In this document: piece by piece, positions 1 to 12,621 of the stretch
Position numbering within the stretch: the first letter of the stretch is position 1
How the letters are laid out: each line of letters begins with the position of its first letter
Source: Diadema antillarum
Lineage: Eukaryota
DNA: 64,000 nt
Direction of reading: 5' to 3'
Assembly (NCBI RefSeq): GCF_040938485.1
Contig: NW_027270954.1
Span: 1,178,001-1,242,000, forward strand
Notes under the pieces: generated by a model
What the model saw: only the letters and a program-made list of their open reading frames with translations
Told to the model about the DNA's origin: nothing
Databases searched by the model: none
Made by a program: the position numbers and the translations under genes

Positions 1-1731
1 CCCCCCCCCCCCAGCGGGACCATTCATCGCAGTTATGACTATCTGAAACAGCGCGCAGGGCACGCCCCAATAGGGGGCAGACTCAAAGTTTTTGCCCATC
101 AATGGTCACAAATAGCAACTAACAAATTGGTCCTCTCAATAATCCAGAAGGGATATGTACCCAAACTGATTCTCTCAGAATTGCTTCCGGACATAAGCAA
201 GAAAACCAACCTGCCAACAAACCCAGAAAAAAGAAGGGCTTTGTTACAAGAGATAGATTCCCTATTAACCAAACGAGTGATCGTTCGGGTCCACACAAGA
301 AGGCATCTTGTGATATCCCCAGTTTTTCTCATCCCCAAGCGGAAAGGCGGATTCCGCATGGTAAATGTAAAAAAAGCTAAATCGATACATCGCGAACTCG
401 ACTTTCAACACGGAAAATCTCCGAAAAATACTGCCTCTCATCAAAGCAAACGATTGGGCGTCTCCATAGATTTAGTAGACGTCTATCTTCATGTTCCCAT
501 TGCTCATGCTGCACAGCATTTTTTCGGTTTCGCAGTGGCAAGTGTACCAATATCGGGCTCTGCCATTTGGTCTCAACACTGCTCCACGCATCTTGACTCG
601 AATATTGCACAGGCAATCGCAGCCCACTTACGAGAAAGGGGCATTCGAATTTGTGTCTATCTAGACGACTGGCTTGTAATAGCAGACTCTGCAGACACAC
701 TACGCCGTCACTTAAACATTGCGTTAGACCTAGTCTCCAAGCTGGGTTTTCTCGTAAACTACGAAAAGTCCCATCTCGAACCCACTCAGAGTCCGGAGTT
801 CTTGGGCGCCAAACTAGACCTAAAACTAAGGCTTGCCCATCCCCTCCCTCACAGAATAGACAAGGTACACCTAGTAGGGGAGTTCCTGCTCCGCACGTCT
901 CACGCACAAACCAAGCACTGGCTCCGATTTTTGGGCCTCCTTGCAAGTCTCTTGGACACAGTCCCAGATTGCAGAAGGAGAATAAGGCAAATCCAAATGG
1001 CTTTTCTCAGTCAGTATCGCCCGCAAACAGACCCGATGACAAAAATTATCTGTCTTACGAGGACTATGTCCCAGGTGGTTCGCTGGTGGATGCCCCCAAA
1101 TACTCTACAAGTGGGGAAATCATTCACAACCCCAGCCCCTTCCCTGACCATTCTCACAGACGCATCGATCATTTGGTGGGGTACAGTGCTAAACTCGGAC
1201 CAGGTTCAAGGAACTTGGGGAGAAAAAGAAAGAGGTCAGCACATAAATGTGCTGGAAATGCTGGCGATACAGAATGCTCTATATGCCTTCAAAGACAGAG
1301 TTCGGAGGAAAACGGTTCTGATAAAGTCAGACAACCTCACGGTAGTATCCTATGTAAACAAACAAGGGGGCACAAGATCGAAACTTTTGTGCAACCTCAC
1401 TCTAGACATTCTAGATTGGTGCGATTCGGTGGAGATGAACCTAATAGCCTCTCACATACCAGGAAAAGACAACTATGTGGCAGATTTCTTGTCGAGGGGA
1501 AGTTATCTCCCCACAGAGTGGCAACTCAATCCAAGCATTGCCAAACAGATCTTCAACAAGTACGGGACTCCCCAGGTCGACCTGTTCGCGTCGACATTGA
1601 ACAAGCAGCTGCCAGTTTATTGCACAAAACACAACGATCCAGCAGCTCTGATGACGGACGCATTCACAATGCAGTGGAACGGTTTTCTGGGGTATGCGTT
1701 CTCTCCCTTTGCATTGATACCAAGGGCATGA
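1..1731 (+). pseudogene. DIRS pol (RT, RNase H, Dam-like methyltransferase domain)
   Basis: PIGGRL..F...W start, VYLDDWL, RNase H motifs, DLFAS...DAF..W...YAFSPF; two internal segments are frameshifted and there is a premature TGA at 1729-1731. Confidence 0.9.
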
Positions 1732-1750
1732 CAGAAAGTGCTAGCACATT

Positions 1751-2763
1751 ATGGACCATTTCAGGAAAATTGCGTCCCAGGCAGGCTTTTCGGGGAGGGC
1801 TGCAGAGCTATCTTACTCCTTCCTTAGATCGTCTACACGAGCCACTTATGACTCTAGACTACAGTACTACTTCAAGTGGTGCCACGATAAGAAAGTGGAT
1901 CCTTCCACAGCACCTGTAGGTGAGATTGCTGAATTCCTCCTGCATCTATTTGACAAGAGCTTAACCTTCTCAACTATCAGGTGCTACAGATCTGCTATTT
2001 TAGCCTTACATAAAGGCTTCAGAGGGGGAGAAACGACTATAGACTAGTGAAATCTCTCTTTTTGTCTAGGCCTCCTCAGAAGAAACTGAGTCCCTCTTGG
2101 AGTTTATCAAGAATTTTGCGTGCTCTGTCCAGGGCTTCCTTTGAGCCTATGCACAGCAGTTCTCGTGCTAATCTAACCATCAAAACCATCCTCCTCGTAG
2201 CAGTCGCTTGTGGGAGAAGACGCAGTTTTTTGCATGCTCTCTCTACCAAACCTGGTCATATTCGTTGGGAGACTAACGGGGTTAGACTTATCCCTCATGC
2301 CAAATTCTTGGCTAAGAACCAAACCATGAATTCTACGCCAGGTGAGGTCTTCATCCCCTCCCTTAAGACTCTGTCCTCCATTTCCCAAGACAAATTGTGA
2401 TGCCCAGTGCGGGCCCTTAAATGGTATCTTCACAAAACCGAGGAATTGCATACTTCAGACAATCTATTTGTCAGTATCAATTCTCCCCATGGACCGGTAT
2501 CCCCTGATACTATTTCTCGCTGGATAGTACAGGCTATTAAAGCTGGGGTTACGACTTCGATCCTCTCTCAGAAGGTGCGGGCCCATGACACTAGGGGTAT
2601 GGCTTCCTCCTGGGCCCTATTTCAGGGAGTCCCCTTGAAAGATATTCTCAAGGCTGCCTACTGGCATAATCCCAACACATTTACATCCTGCTACTTGTTA
2701 GATGTGATTTCCAATGAGGCCTCCTTTGCCTCTACAGTTCTCTCCTGTCCTAGCAGGAAGTAG
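1751..2763 (+). pseudogene. DIRS tyrosine recombinase (YR)
   Basis: LRSSTRATY, GRRRSFLHAL, FLAKN, CPVRALKWY, AHDTRG, TFTSCYL; broken near 2040-2047 and by a TGA at 2398-2400. Confidence 0.9.
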
Positions 2764-2895
2764 TTTTCCGTCTTGACTGAACCTCCTGCCTCGGCGAGCA
2801 TACAGCTCGTTAGCCATGATCAATAAGAGACGAAGGTTCTTTACCTATGAGGCTTCTTCCGCAGTCCCTCCATCCTCGGATCTGTTTGAATCTGG

Positions 2896-2990
2896 CAATT
2901 GTTATATCGATAGGTAAGTAAAGCGTAATGAAGTAGATATGTATGTTCGGTATCGAACATTTTATCTACGAGAGAGCTTTACTTACCTAT
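2896..2990 (+). repeat. DIRS internal complementary region (ICR)
   Basis: 2939-2990 is the reverse complement of about 3189-3241 (1 mismatch, 1 indel); 2896-2924 is repeated directly at 3175-3203. Confidence 0.85.
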
Positions 2991-2999
2991 AGGTCCCTC

Positions 3000-3241
3000 C
3001 CTCCTCCCCGATCTGCGGCTCAGCCGGTTCATCGGCATCGAAAGAGGACGAGATCGCCCGCGCGCGGGCTTATATAGTGGAGTGTGTGAGGGGTTTCCCT
3101 GTCGTTGCCGGGGCAACGGGGGGTTCAAAGAAACTTTAGCTACCGGGGGGCAATTCTAATCGGCATTAGAATGACAATTGTTATATCGATATGTAAGTAA
3201 AGCTCTCTCGTAGATAAAAATGTTCGATACCGAACATACAT
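3000..3241 (+). repeat. DIRS right inverted terminal repeat (left boundary approximate)
   Basis: Ends in the ICR-complementary segment; minus-strand TATA-like CTATATAA near 3070-3077. Confidence 0.65.
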
Positions 3242-3696
3242 GTCTGCAGGTAATACAGGTACTATTAAAGTATGTAAAGCAAGTCGCTTCAGAGCCAGAA
3301 GTGATGAAACTCTCAGAGCAAAGTCGTTGGGTACTTTGACTACTTCGTAATATCTGTTGCTTATATAATTCCCTCTAACCATTATTGAATATTCTGTTAC
3401 TATCTCCAAACCAGGGCTATATACCTGTGAGTTCTAGGTCCTTCCACACACCCTAGCTCATTGTCTAGTTATGTGTATGGCATCATCCCTAAAATAACGA
3501 GCTACAGAAAACGGGCCTACACACTACAATTAAGTATGTTCTGTATAGTGTATGCATTGACTCACAGTGTGTATTAATACACACACATGACACACTAAGG
3601 AATTCTTAATACACAATTACATACACGGGTGAAGGGAACGATCTGTATTGTGTGAGCTCTATTCTTTCACATGCATGCACTGGTAGCTTTACAAAT

Positions 3697-4135
3697 CAGG
3701 GGTCGTGGCGCTAAGTTTTTCACAGTGACAGGACCGACTTTATGGGAGCATGGCTTTCGATTCATTTTTTATGATGGGGGGGAATTTGCTGCAACATTTT
3801 CTGGTTCCTCTTCCGGGGTTAATCGGCGGACAAGCATTACAAACAAAGGCTTAACATTTTCAAGTGCCATTTTCGGGATTAATCGGCTAACTGGCAAAAA
3901 CAAGGGGGGACTTGACATTTTCTGGTGACACTATGGATGACTGTTTCCTGACATCGCCTGACAAGCAGCAGCAACAACAACAAAAAATGAAACTAATAGA
4001 TAAAATAAGAGAAAATGTTTAACCCTATATTTCGTGCAAAAAAAAAAGTGGGGGTCTAAAAAGTGAGACCCCATATCTTTTGCAAAAATGGGCACGCCCC
4101 CCCCCCCCCCTCCCTCCCTCGTTGCGCCGGCCCTG
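3697..4135. mobile_element. hAT-like MITE with 5-bp TSD
   Basis: Ends CAGGGGTCGTGGCGC and GCGCCGGCCCTG; CAAAT lies directly on both flanks; internal ~65-bp degenerate repeats. Confidence 0.5.
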
Positions 4136-4858
4136 CAAATAGAAACTTCTTCACAATTTTGGTCAGGCCAGTATGTGTACATGTATGCCCACATTTAGAT
4201 AACCATAAAATACATACATTCATGACAAGAGAAAGGAAGCTGTGAAGTATAGGGTCTTCGTAATTCTATCTCACCCAGTATAGTGCTCTGTGCATTGAGT
4301 GGGGCAGAAAAATAAAACCAGGATATGAAACTCCGAAGAAACCATTGTAAAGGAATTATTGGGTTATGCTGAAAGTTTGCATACATATTAAGCACATTCT
4401 ATTGATAACTGATACCTGTTTTCCACACAATTACATGTCCTTTTAAAGGTTACAATAGAGTTGAAAGTGAAAAGTGAGTAATGTCTTTTTCTATGAATGA
4501 CAGGTTACCTCTAAGATATATCTAAGCACACAATTCGAGAAAAAAGAAAGACAGTTAGTGTTCTAGAAAAGCTGCAAAACAGACAGAAGAAGAGTTCTTT
4601 CAGAAAATATGAGAACGTAAAAGCTGAGTAGGTTGACCTATTTCATCTATTTTGAGTACTAACAGAAAAGATAGTGTTTTTCCGTTGGTTTTGTTATACA
4701 CGGTCACAAAAGAATGCTAAATTAGGCATATAAAAGTTATAAGAATGAATGATATCATCTCTACGTTCCCCACTCTTGTACTTTCATTATCCTTCCCACA
4801 TCTCCACTGAAAATTTAGTTACTTTTATTCCGCTTCCTTTTTTGTCTCTACGCCGCAG

Positions 4859-4977
4859 GTTATTGATCCCCTTACCGGAGAAATTCGGCGAAGGACTCCA
4901 CGCGGTCTCGTACATTGCCCAGGACTCTGCTCCTGTGCCGAATCGAGCCATCTGTGTCTTGGTGTTTGAAGTAGAAA
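4859..4977 (+). CDS. Exon 1: 3' half of HYR domain
   Basis: [26 protein letters not shown]; phase 2 to 1. Confidence 0.8.
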
Positions 4978-7900
4978 GTTAGTAGGCCTACATTTTCATC
5001 CACTTCTGTTTCATAATGAGCCTTACATTTGCATTCTCCCCTTGAAAGTCATAGGATTAAGTGGAGTCGGTTGTGGTCATTTCTATATTCCTCTACTGAT
5101 TCACACGTTAATTAATTTTTCGCAAACAGTGACACATTTTTTACCATTGCAAATTATTACAGTATCAACATCATTCTATTTCTTGTGTGTGAGAGCAAAG
5201 AGACGACCAATAGACAAAATGAAATTTAACGGGACAAAGGATTTCTGATACGTTGAACGAACGAGTCCGACACTAGGCAAAAAGAAAGGCCCACGAGATC
5301 AACACAGTGTACATTAAGCCCGTGATGTAATCAGTGTCGGACTCATGGTACTTGTTTGGCTGGTAACACGCTCATGAGCCTTTTTTGCCTATCTGCCTAT
5401 AGTGTCGGACACATGGGCTTATTTGCTTAGTGTCGAACTCGTGGGCTGTATGACTCATGGGCTGTGTGTCTCGTGGGCTGCATGTCTGGTAGACTGTATG
5501 ACTCGTGGCCTGTGTGTCTCCTGGGTATTGAGCTGTGACGTGCAGTCCTTCGAACCTACCTCGTGGTGATCATGTGTGTGAAGAAATTACAATTTCAAGC
5601 ACTAAACAGCGAGACGTAAAACGCAGGCGACGTTACAATCGCATGTTTTGTTTGGAGATGGACAGAGAGCACTACATAGTCCATGGGCCAGGCCAGATAT
5701 TGGTACCATCTGAGGTGGCAAAACCTTTTTGGTGTCATTTTGTTTGTCGGGCATAGATATGCTTATCAAGCTATGATAGCATTTCCAAATGAGTAGCTTA
5801 GTCATAATAAATGAATTTTTAACCAATTTGGTCTCGTTGTTATATCCCTATACTTCTGAATCGAAACTAACCGCTGTACAAAGAAGAGCACTGTCTTCTG
5901 TATGTTCCATAGAGCTGTAAAATGCAGCTCTGTGGTATGTCCACAGGTGTTCTGTTGTAAACGCGGTGCGCTTAGTCTTTATTCAAGGCAGCGAAGGGAA
6001 TATCCAAAGGTTATGATGTCCACAGCGCTTAGTGTTTATTCTAGACAGCGAAGGGAATATCCAAAGCGTATGGTACAGTGTATATCCTTTTATCTAAAAA
6101 CAACAACAACAAAAAAAGCAATTCATCATGAATTTTACTGTATTTTTCAATTATTTATCATTTTCCGGCGAAAAACGCTCCGGTGAAAACGCTAATACCA
6201 CGCCAATGTCGCTTTATTCCATCCAAAAATATAACATAATGCAAAAACAATGTACCGGTAGACTACGATACATTATAATGAATAATATTATAAATGAACA
6301 GAGTGATTTTTGTTTAAAAATTAATGTATTCGTTGATAGGGTTGTATAAAAACAGTATAGATAATCCCTTTTATGAAGAACTTTAGATATAATAACGGTA
6401 CATTGGTCTAGATAAAGGCTAAGCGCACCGCGTGACAGCTGTGGACCTCATAACCCTTTGGATATTACCTTCGCTGCCTTGAATAAAGACTAAGCGCACC
6501 GCGTTTACAACAGAACACCTGTGGACATACGGAAGACAGTGCTCTTCTTTGTATAGCGGTTAGTTTCGATTCAAAAGTATAGGGATATAAAAATGAGACC
6601 AAATTGGTTAAAAATTCATTTATTATGACTAAGCTACTCATTTGGAAATGCTATCATAGCTTGATAAGCATATCTATGCCCGACAAACAAACTGACACCA
6701 AAAAGGTTGTGCCACCTCAGGTGGTACCAACAACCCATTTTTCGGGTCTTGGCCCATGGACTAACATGTTGGATGGCGCGGTCTCCACATCCTCAGTATT
6801 TTGTCAGGAGGCCCAAACTGTTCCTGACCCGCTGCTTTTATCTCGTTTGGTTTATATAGAATAAATCTCCACTGATTGTCTATTGTAATTTCAAAAGGCA
6901 CGTTAATACACATTTCGGAAAAGTGTCATCATTTAGTGCGAACAAATGAGTTGAACTTTACTTTACAAAACGTGATCGAACGGTGTTCACTGCACAGGTC
7001 TTCTTCTTTTCCTTTTTTTTCATATTCTTTCTCTGCCTTTCTGCCATTTTCTTTTGCTACATCTCTTATTTTGTGTTTGCCTTTGCATGCCTACACTATC
7101 CGTGGCCATGTTTTGCATGTTAATCGTTACAGTTCTGAAATGTCCTGCTCGTCCACACCCACCAAATGGCTACCATGATTGTTCCTCTACATACGACGCT
7201 ACGGTAGACACTGTTTGCCATTACAGCTGTAGACAGGGTTTCATCCTAGAGGGCTTGAGAGATCAAGTGTGCGCTGAATTTGGGACGTCCAACACTGTTG
7301 ACTGGGTCTCCAATCCCCCGACATGCCAAGGTATTGCTGATCGCTGTTGATAGGAACGGGTATCGCGAGATGATGGTTTTCATCCAGTATTTTTAGTTAT
7401 TCTTCATTTTGTCTGAATGTTATTTTCATGAATACTGATATTAGTGATAATAACGGAAATGATAATGATGATCATTATAATGATAATATCAATAATGATG
7501 TTGATGATATACAATGATAATGATAATAATGATAATGATGATGAATGAATGATAAGAAGATAATAATATCACTATAAGTTTGATGAATTTTTCGTTCTTC
7601 CCCAGAAATATCGTGCCCTTCTCTTGCGGCGCCATTGAATGGTCATTTGACATGCACGAATTCAAATGGCTATAACAGCATCTGTTCCACTCTGTGCAAT
7701 GACGGCTACTCGCTCCCGCCGACTGCTTCCAGAGATCGGGTGTGTCTGGCGAACGGATGGACAGGTGACAGTGTGCCTAAATGTGCAGGTGAGGATTCAC
7801 TGGATTGTTTGTTGTCGTAGTTTCTTGTTTGGAGAAGCACTGACGAAAAGCAATTAGGCAAACAAATTATATCATAACATGACCCCAACAAAAACATTCA

Positions 7901-8199
7901 ACTCACCTATTGCACTCACACAGCACTCATTCACATCTTCATTTCCCTCTAAAGCATACTATTGTAATTTAGAAACGTTTGTGCTGCTTCTTTGTCATTT
8001 GGTTATGTTTGGCTTAAATTTGTCACATTGATGTTATTCATTTTTTATTTGATTTGATTTGAGAAGCAAAATAAATACGAACGAACAAACGAGCACTGGC
8101 CTGGTCTCTTTAGGATGGTCATTATTGAATAAGTTAAATAATTTTCAAGCTTATAACATAGCAGGCCCCACTTTTAACACAAGTATATAGGCCCTATGC

Positions 8200-8260
<61 letters not shown>

Positions 8261-11200
8261 GACCTAGTTCCACTTTTGTGGTGTTTGAGTTGGGCGGTCA
8301 CATTTAAAGCGAGCTAAACGATGCACTCTGTATAGATGTAATGGCAACTATCAGAAATCCCTCAAATGAAAATGACTTCTGAAAAGAACGCGAAAGAAAA
8401 CATAGTTTTCTCTACTTCTTCTTTTTCCTAGTTACAGTTGGCAGAATATCCACTTCCTTCTGCTTTGCTTCCTTCATTTGGGACTTGAAAATGCTGATAT
8501 TTACCTTTTCCTCCATCAAATGAAGAGAGGTTTGGTTGTGGGGGATGCATGGGGACCTCGCCTCCCTTATTGGTCTTTTTGCGTTTCATTGACATAATGC
8601 TGCATTGATCTATTTTTTCAACTTTCAAAATCATTTCGTTCATGGAACGTGTTGAATCGACTCTTTCATGTCTTGATCACAAAATGTCCGCATCGGCTCC
8701 GGACACTTGCATATTCCGCATCGGCTCCTCGCTGTCCTAAAACATTCCTGGTGTCTTCCGCTTTCATTCACGAAGCTTCCCCACACCGCGGGATTCTTTC
8801 AGGAGCGTTTGCGGAAGGAGCGGAAGGGTTCCGGACAGGCGGGATGTCCTCAGGACATCGTCAGGACAAGTTTCCGAATGTGTCAGGAAGTTTATTTCCG
8901 CGTCCAAATTTAAGTCCCCAGTCACATGATGCTCTGCGTCAGGCGTTACGTCCATACAAGTCTTTTTTTTTCTGTGGATTCCCTCGGATCCTTTGCCGTC
9001 ACTAGAAAATTTTTACAAAACATACGGGAAAAAATGCGGGCGATACGGACAGATACGACCAAATGAGAATACTTGCGTCCACTTGCGGATATTCTTACGA
9101 ATCGGCACGTAATTTCTTCTTTCAACTTGCGTAAACTTCCGAATTGTTCTGAACACTTGCGGAGAGTTGCGAATATTTACAGAGAGTTGCGGATATTTTC
9201 GGAATATAACGGATAGTTACAGATTGTTATAAATGATTATGGACAATATGGTTTTCTCTGACGATCCCTGCCAAGTCAGTGTATTACGACAGCAAGTTTA
9301 TCACATATTGGACTGTCTTATATTGTACATTGGGGAAAACTGAAATTGAATTACGTACAAGTTGTGAAAATTTTTCCTATTCCTTTACTTTGCTTTACAG
9401 TAATAAAAAATGAAATTTTGAACCTGAAGTTTCAATTTTATTTGTGCAACTCAAAGATGAATAAACATCGTAAATGTAAAGAATACATTAACAGAATTAT
9501 ACCACATATAAAATACAACATAAATCGATGTTAAACATTAGAAAAAGAAAATTTTACTTACAGTCATGGAATAGACAAACTGTGGTTACGTTGTCATTGT
9601 GCACTGATATTCATGACTTGCTGGGTTATGTTAAGGAGATTGTTATGATAAAGCAATGCTTATTACATTTCCAGAAAAAGACTTTGGGACTTTCGAACAC
9701 TCCTCCCACACCCAAATACAATATAAAAAAGTAATACACATTCCATGGAGCGTAAAGTGGGTAAGACTATAGAGAAATATTAAATTTGTTCTCATTCTGT
9801 ATAGTTTATCGCTGTCCAACACCTTCCCTGGCTAGAAAAGGGAATAAAATGCAGTCATCCCATCCCCGACAAAAAAGAAAAAAAAATATTGCCTTTTCCG
9901 AAAAATATACGTTCAAAGAGTGCAAGAAAAAAAAATGTTCAGCACCACGGGTCAACCGATGTCATGGGTATATGGGTGCCACCTAAAATGACCATTTGTG
10001 GGAGAGGTTTCATAACTTGACCATGCGGTTCTGCCTCTCCAGTAGTGCGGAATACCAAATTTGCTTTCCGGGTCTTGTCCGCGTCTTGTCCGCGCCCTAA
10101 TGGACGCCTGGTCTTAGCGGTTTTAAGGGAAATAATATGAATGCAGCCTGAACACTAATCAATGTCAGTTAATAGTTTTCTTTTCCCAGTCGCATGAGAT
10201 TGCAAATTTAAGCAAATACTGTTCTGGAATTTTAATTTAAGCCTGCTGCCATCCCATACCCCACTTTCTTTTGTCCTCATCGACAGACACAACCGGGCCA
10301 TCGTTTAACAACTGTCCCGGAAGCGAACCCCCCATTTACGCGCCGCCAGGACAGACCCGAGCTGTTGTTGACTGGATAGTGCCCTCAGCGACTGACAATT
10401 CAGTGGCGACAGTTGATGTCAACCGAGTCAAAGGTCCGCCACCAGGAACGGAGCTCGATCCGGGCATCTATACGATTCGATACAGGGCCAAAGACGGAGA
10501 GGAGAACGTTGCCGAGTGTGCCTTTACTAGGATTGTTCAGCGTAGGTCAACCTCTTGCTTTGAAACGGTTACGGTAACAGTAATAGAAACGTTGATTATG
10601 AGAATGCCTAAGGCAAAATGATAGAAACCATAATAAACCGTTAACGATAATGCTACTAATCACTGCTTACAATCATACATTAGCCACAACAACGGTACTA
10701 ATGTGATATTTTCCAATGAGATAATAATGATAACTACTTATAATCATAAATCACAGATACAGTCATAGCAATGATGACAACAGTCGCATTTCAAATAGTA
10801 TCATATTCATAGCAACGATTATGAGATACTTCATATTTTGATGATTACAAATTACGCACTTGTTTACTCTATAGAGGAGCATAATCGTAATCAGCAGTTG
10901 CTACGCTATTACAACTGGCAAATAAAAACAATAAAGAGTAATACTGGTTTTGAAATAACTTGACTTCAGACAAAAATACTAACGATCTACGAAACATTTC
11001 GTCAGCTATTTCGTCAGTTATGAAATGTTAAAGGTTCGCTATTTTTTGATAAACAGTTCTCGAACAAATCGGAATATTCGTATGCAAATGAGTGAGCCGA
11101 TAATGTCATCATCACCTCACAACTTTCCATTGATCATGTACAAAAAACTGACGAATCTTCAATTTTCTACCATTAAAGTTTAAAGCATTGTGTTATTCCT

Positions 11201-12588
11201 AGCTGAATAAGGTCAAAATAATGGTCAGTCAGGCACAAGTTTTGAAACTGTGGTTTAACCAAACAAACAAATAAAACACTGGAAATTTCAAGGTTTTCAG
11301 TACAAACTGCATTGAAAGTCTTGAGGTGGTGACACCATCAACTCCGTTGCTTTTGTTGTTGTTGTTGTTGTTGTTGGATTTTTTTTTTTTACCAAACTGT
11401 GTTTGGAACATAACGTTAAGATTAAGAGTTTTATGTGTAGGTTAATTGTTTTGTAATATATTCGTATATTTAAGATAGGGCCTCATCCACATCAAGCTCT
11501 GCTTCTGATATTGGTCCTCTGTAAAGATTTCTCCTTTGGTCATATATATAAATACAGTTATGCCTTAACATGTTGCTTTGATTCACATGTTTTTACAGAC
11601 TGACGTAGTTACGAAATAGACATTTCTTATATTGATTTGTATGTTGTACTGTCCTTTTTTTCCATACTCTGTATCACTTTGTTTTTATTTGGTATTGTAA
11701 TTGGAGAAAAAAAATCCAGAAATAAACCAAACCAAACCAAACCAAACCAAACCAATTCACTCATTTAAAAGTCATAATTGTATTGACCGTCTAATGTTAA
11801 AACTGTTTTGTGAAAATTAGCAAAACTTGCAACTTTCCTAATTTTTATCTGTGTTTGATCAAATTTTCACTCCGGTGCTTTTAAATTATTGCTCTTTCTT
11901 TTCAGACTAGCTTTTAAATGGTGAGAAAATAACTGTCCTTTAAAAACACTTCTCTGCACACTGTAAATATAACTTGTCTCGCCGTGTTTCTTCTTTATGT
12001 GGCTATTACCAAGCAGTAATCCAGTGCAGTCCATTACCGATTCGACCTGGACTAGAAACATACTGTAGCGCCAGTACTTACCGCGGCTCACAGTGCACAT
12101 TCTCCTGCAGTACTGGCTTCAGACTTGAGGGTCACAACTCGACCACATGCGAGAAGCGAAACATACGAGGGGAGTGGACACACCAACCTCCCCAGTGCCT
12201 TGGTAAGTCAGACTCGAACAACAAAACTGCCTAAATGGGGTTTTGAAAAAATATGCCCTGCATAAGCATAACTGACGTGTATGATGCGTACGGAATTGTA
12301 TTTTTTTTTTGCTTTCTTTGTTATTATTAATCACCATCATCACTTGCATTTTAGTATGAAATTCTCCAAAAAGGCTTTGTAAAGTATTATTCAAGGTTGT
12401 TGGTGATTAAATTATGGTACAGATAATATTCATTATTCTATTCATTTATTCATTTTTTCATTTATTCATTTATTCATTACTTTATTCATTTATTCATCCA
12501 TTTCTTTTTAATCTCATTTCCATACAACATGTATGTACATTACTAATGTCAAAATTGTAGCAAACACTATTCTAAGTAACATATAGTA

Positions 12589-12621
<33 letters not shown>

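Larger units (their letters stand above)
1..3241 (+). mobile_element. DIRS1-like tyrosine-recombinase retrotransposon, 3' part, decayed
   Basis: RT (YLDD), RNase H (TDAS..WG, LEMLAI, SDN, NYVADFLSR), Dam-like domain, YR motifs, then ICR and right ITR ending acatacat at 3241; 5' end is upstream of the window. Confidence 0.95.

Noticed and set aside
127-1731. Intact, functional 534-aa pol
   Set aside because: Conserved RT blocks lie in shifted frames and there is a premature stop; treated as a pseudogene.
127-2763. Phage or bacterial integrase and Dam methylase (contamination or prophage)
   Set aside because: They are linked to RT/RNase H and ICR/ITR in the DIRS arrangement and are contiguous with intron-rich eukaryotic DNA.
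5602-6864. Duplicated small gene (two [10 protein letters not shown] ORFs on opposite strands)
   Set aside because: They are readings of the two arms of one inverted repeat.
7440-7575. Asp/Asn-rich coding segment
   Set aside because: Intronic (TGA/TAA)-type trinucleotide low-complexity tract with stops, between phase-matched exons 2 and 3.
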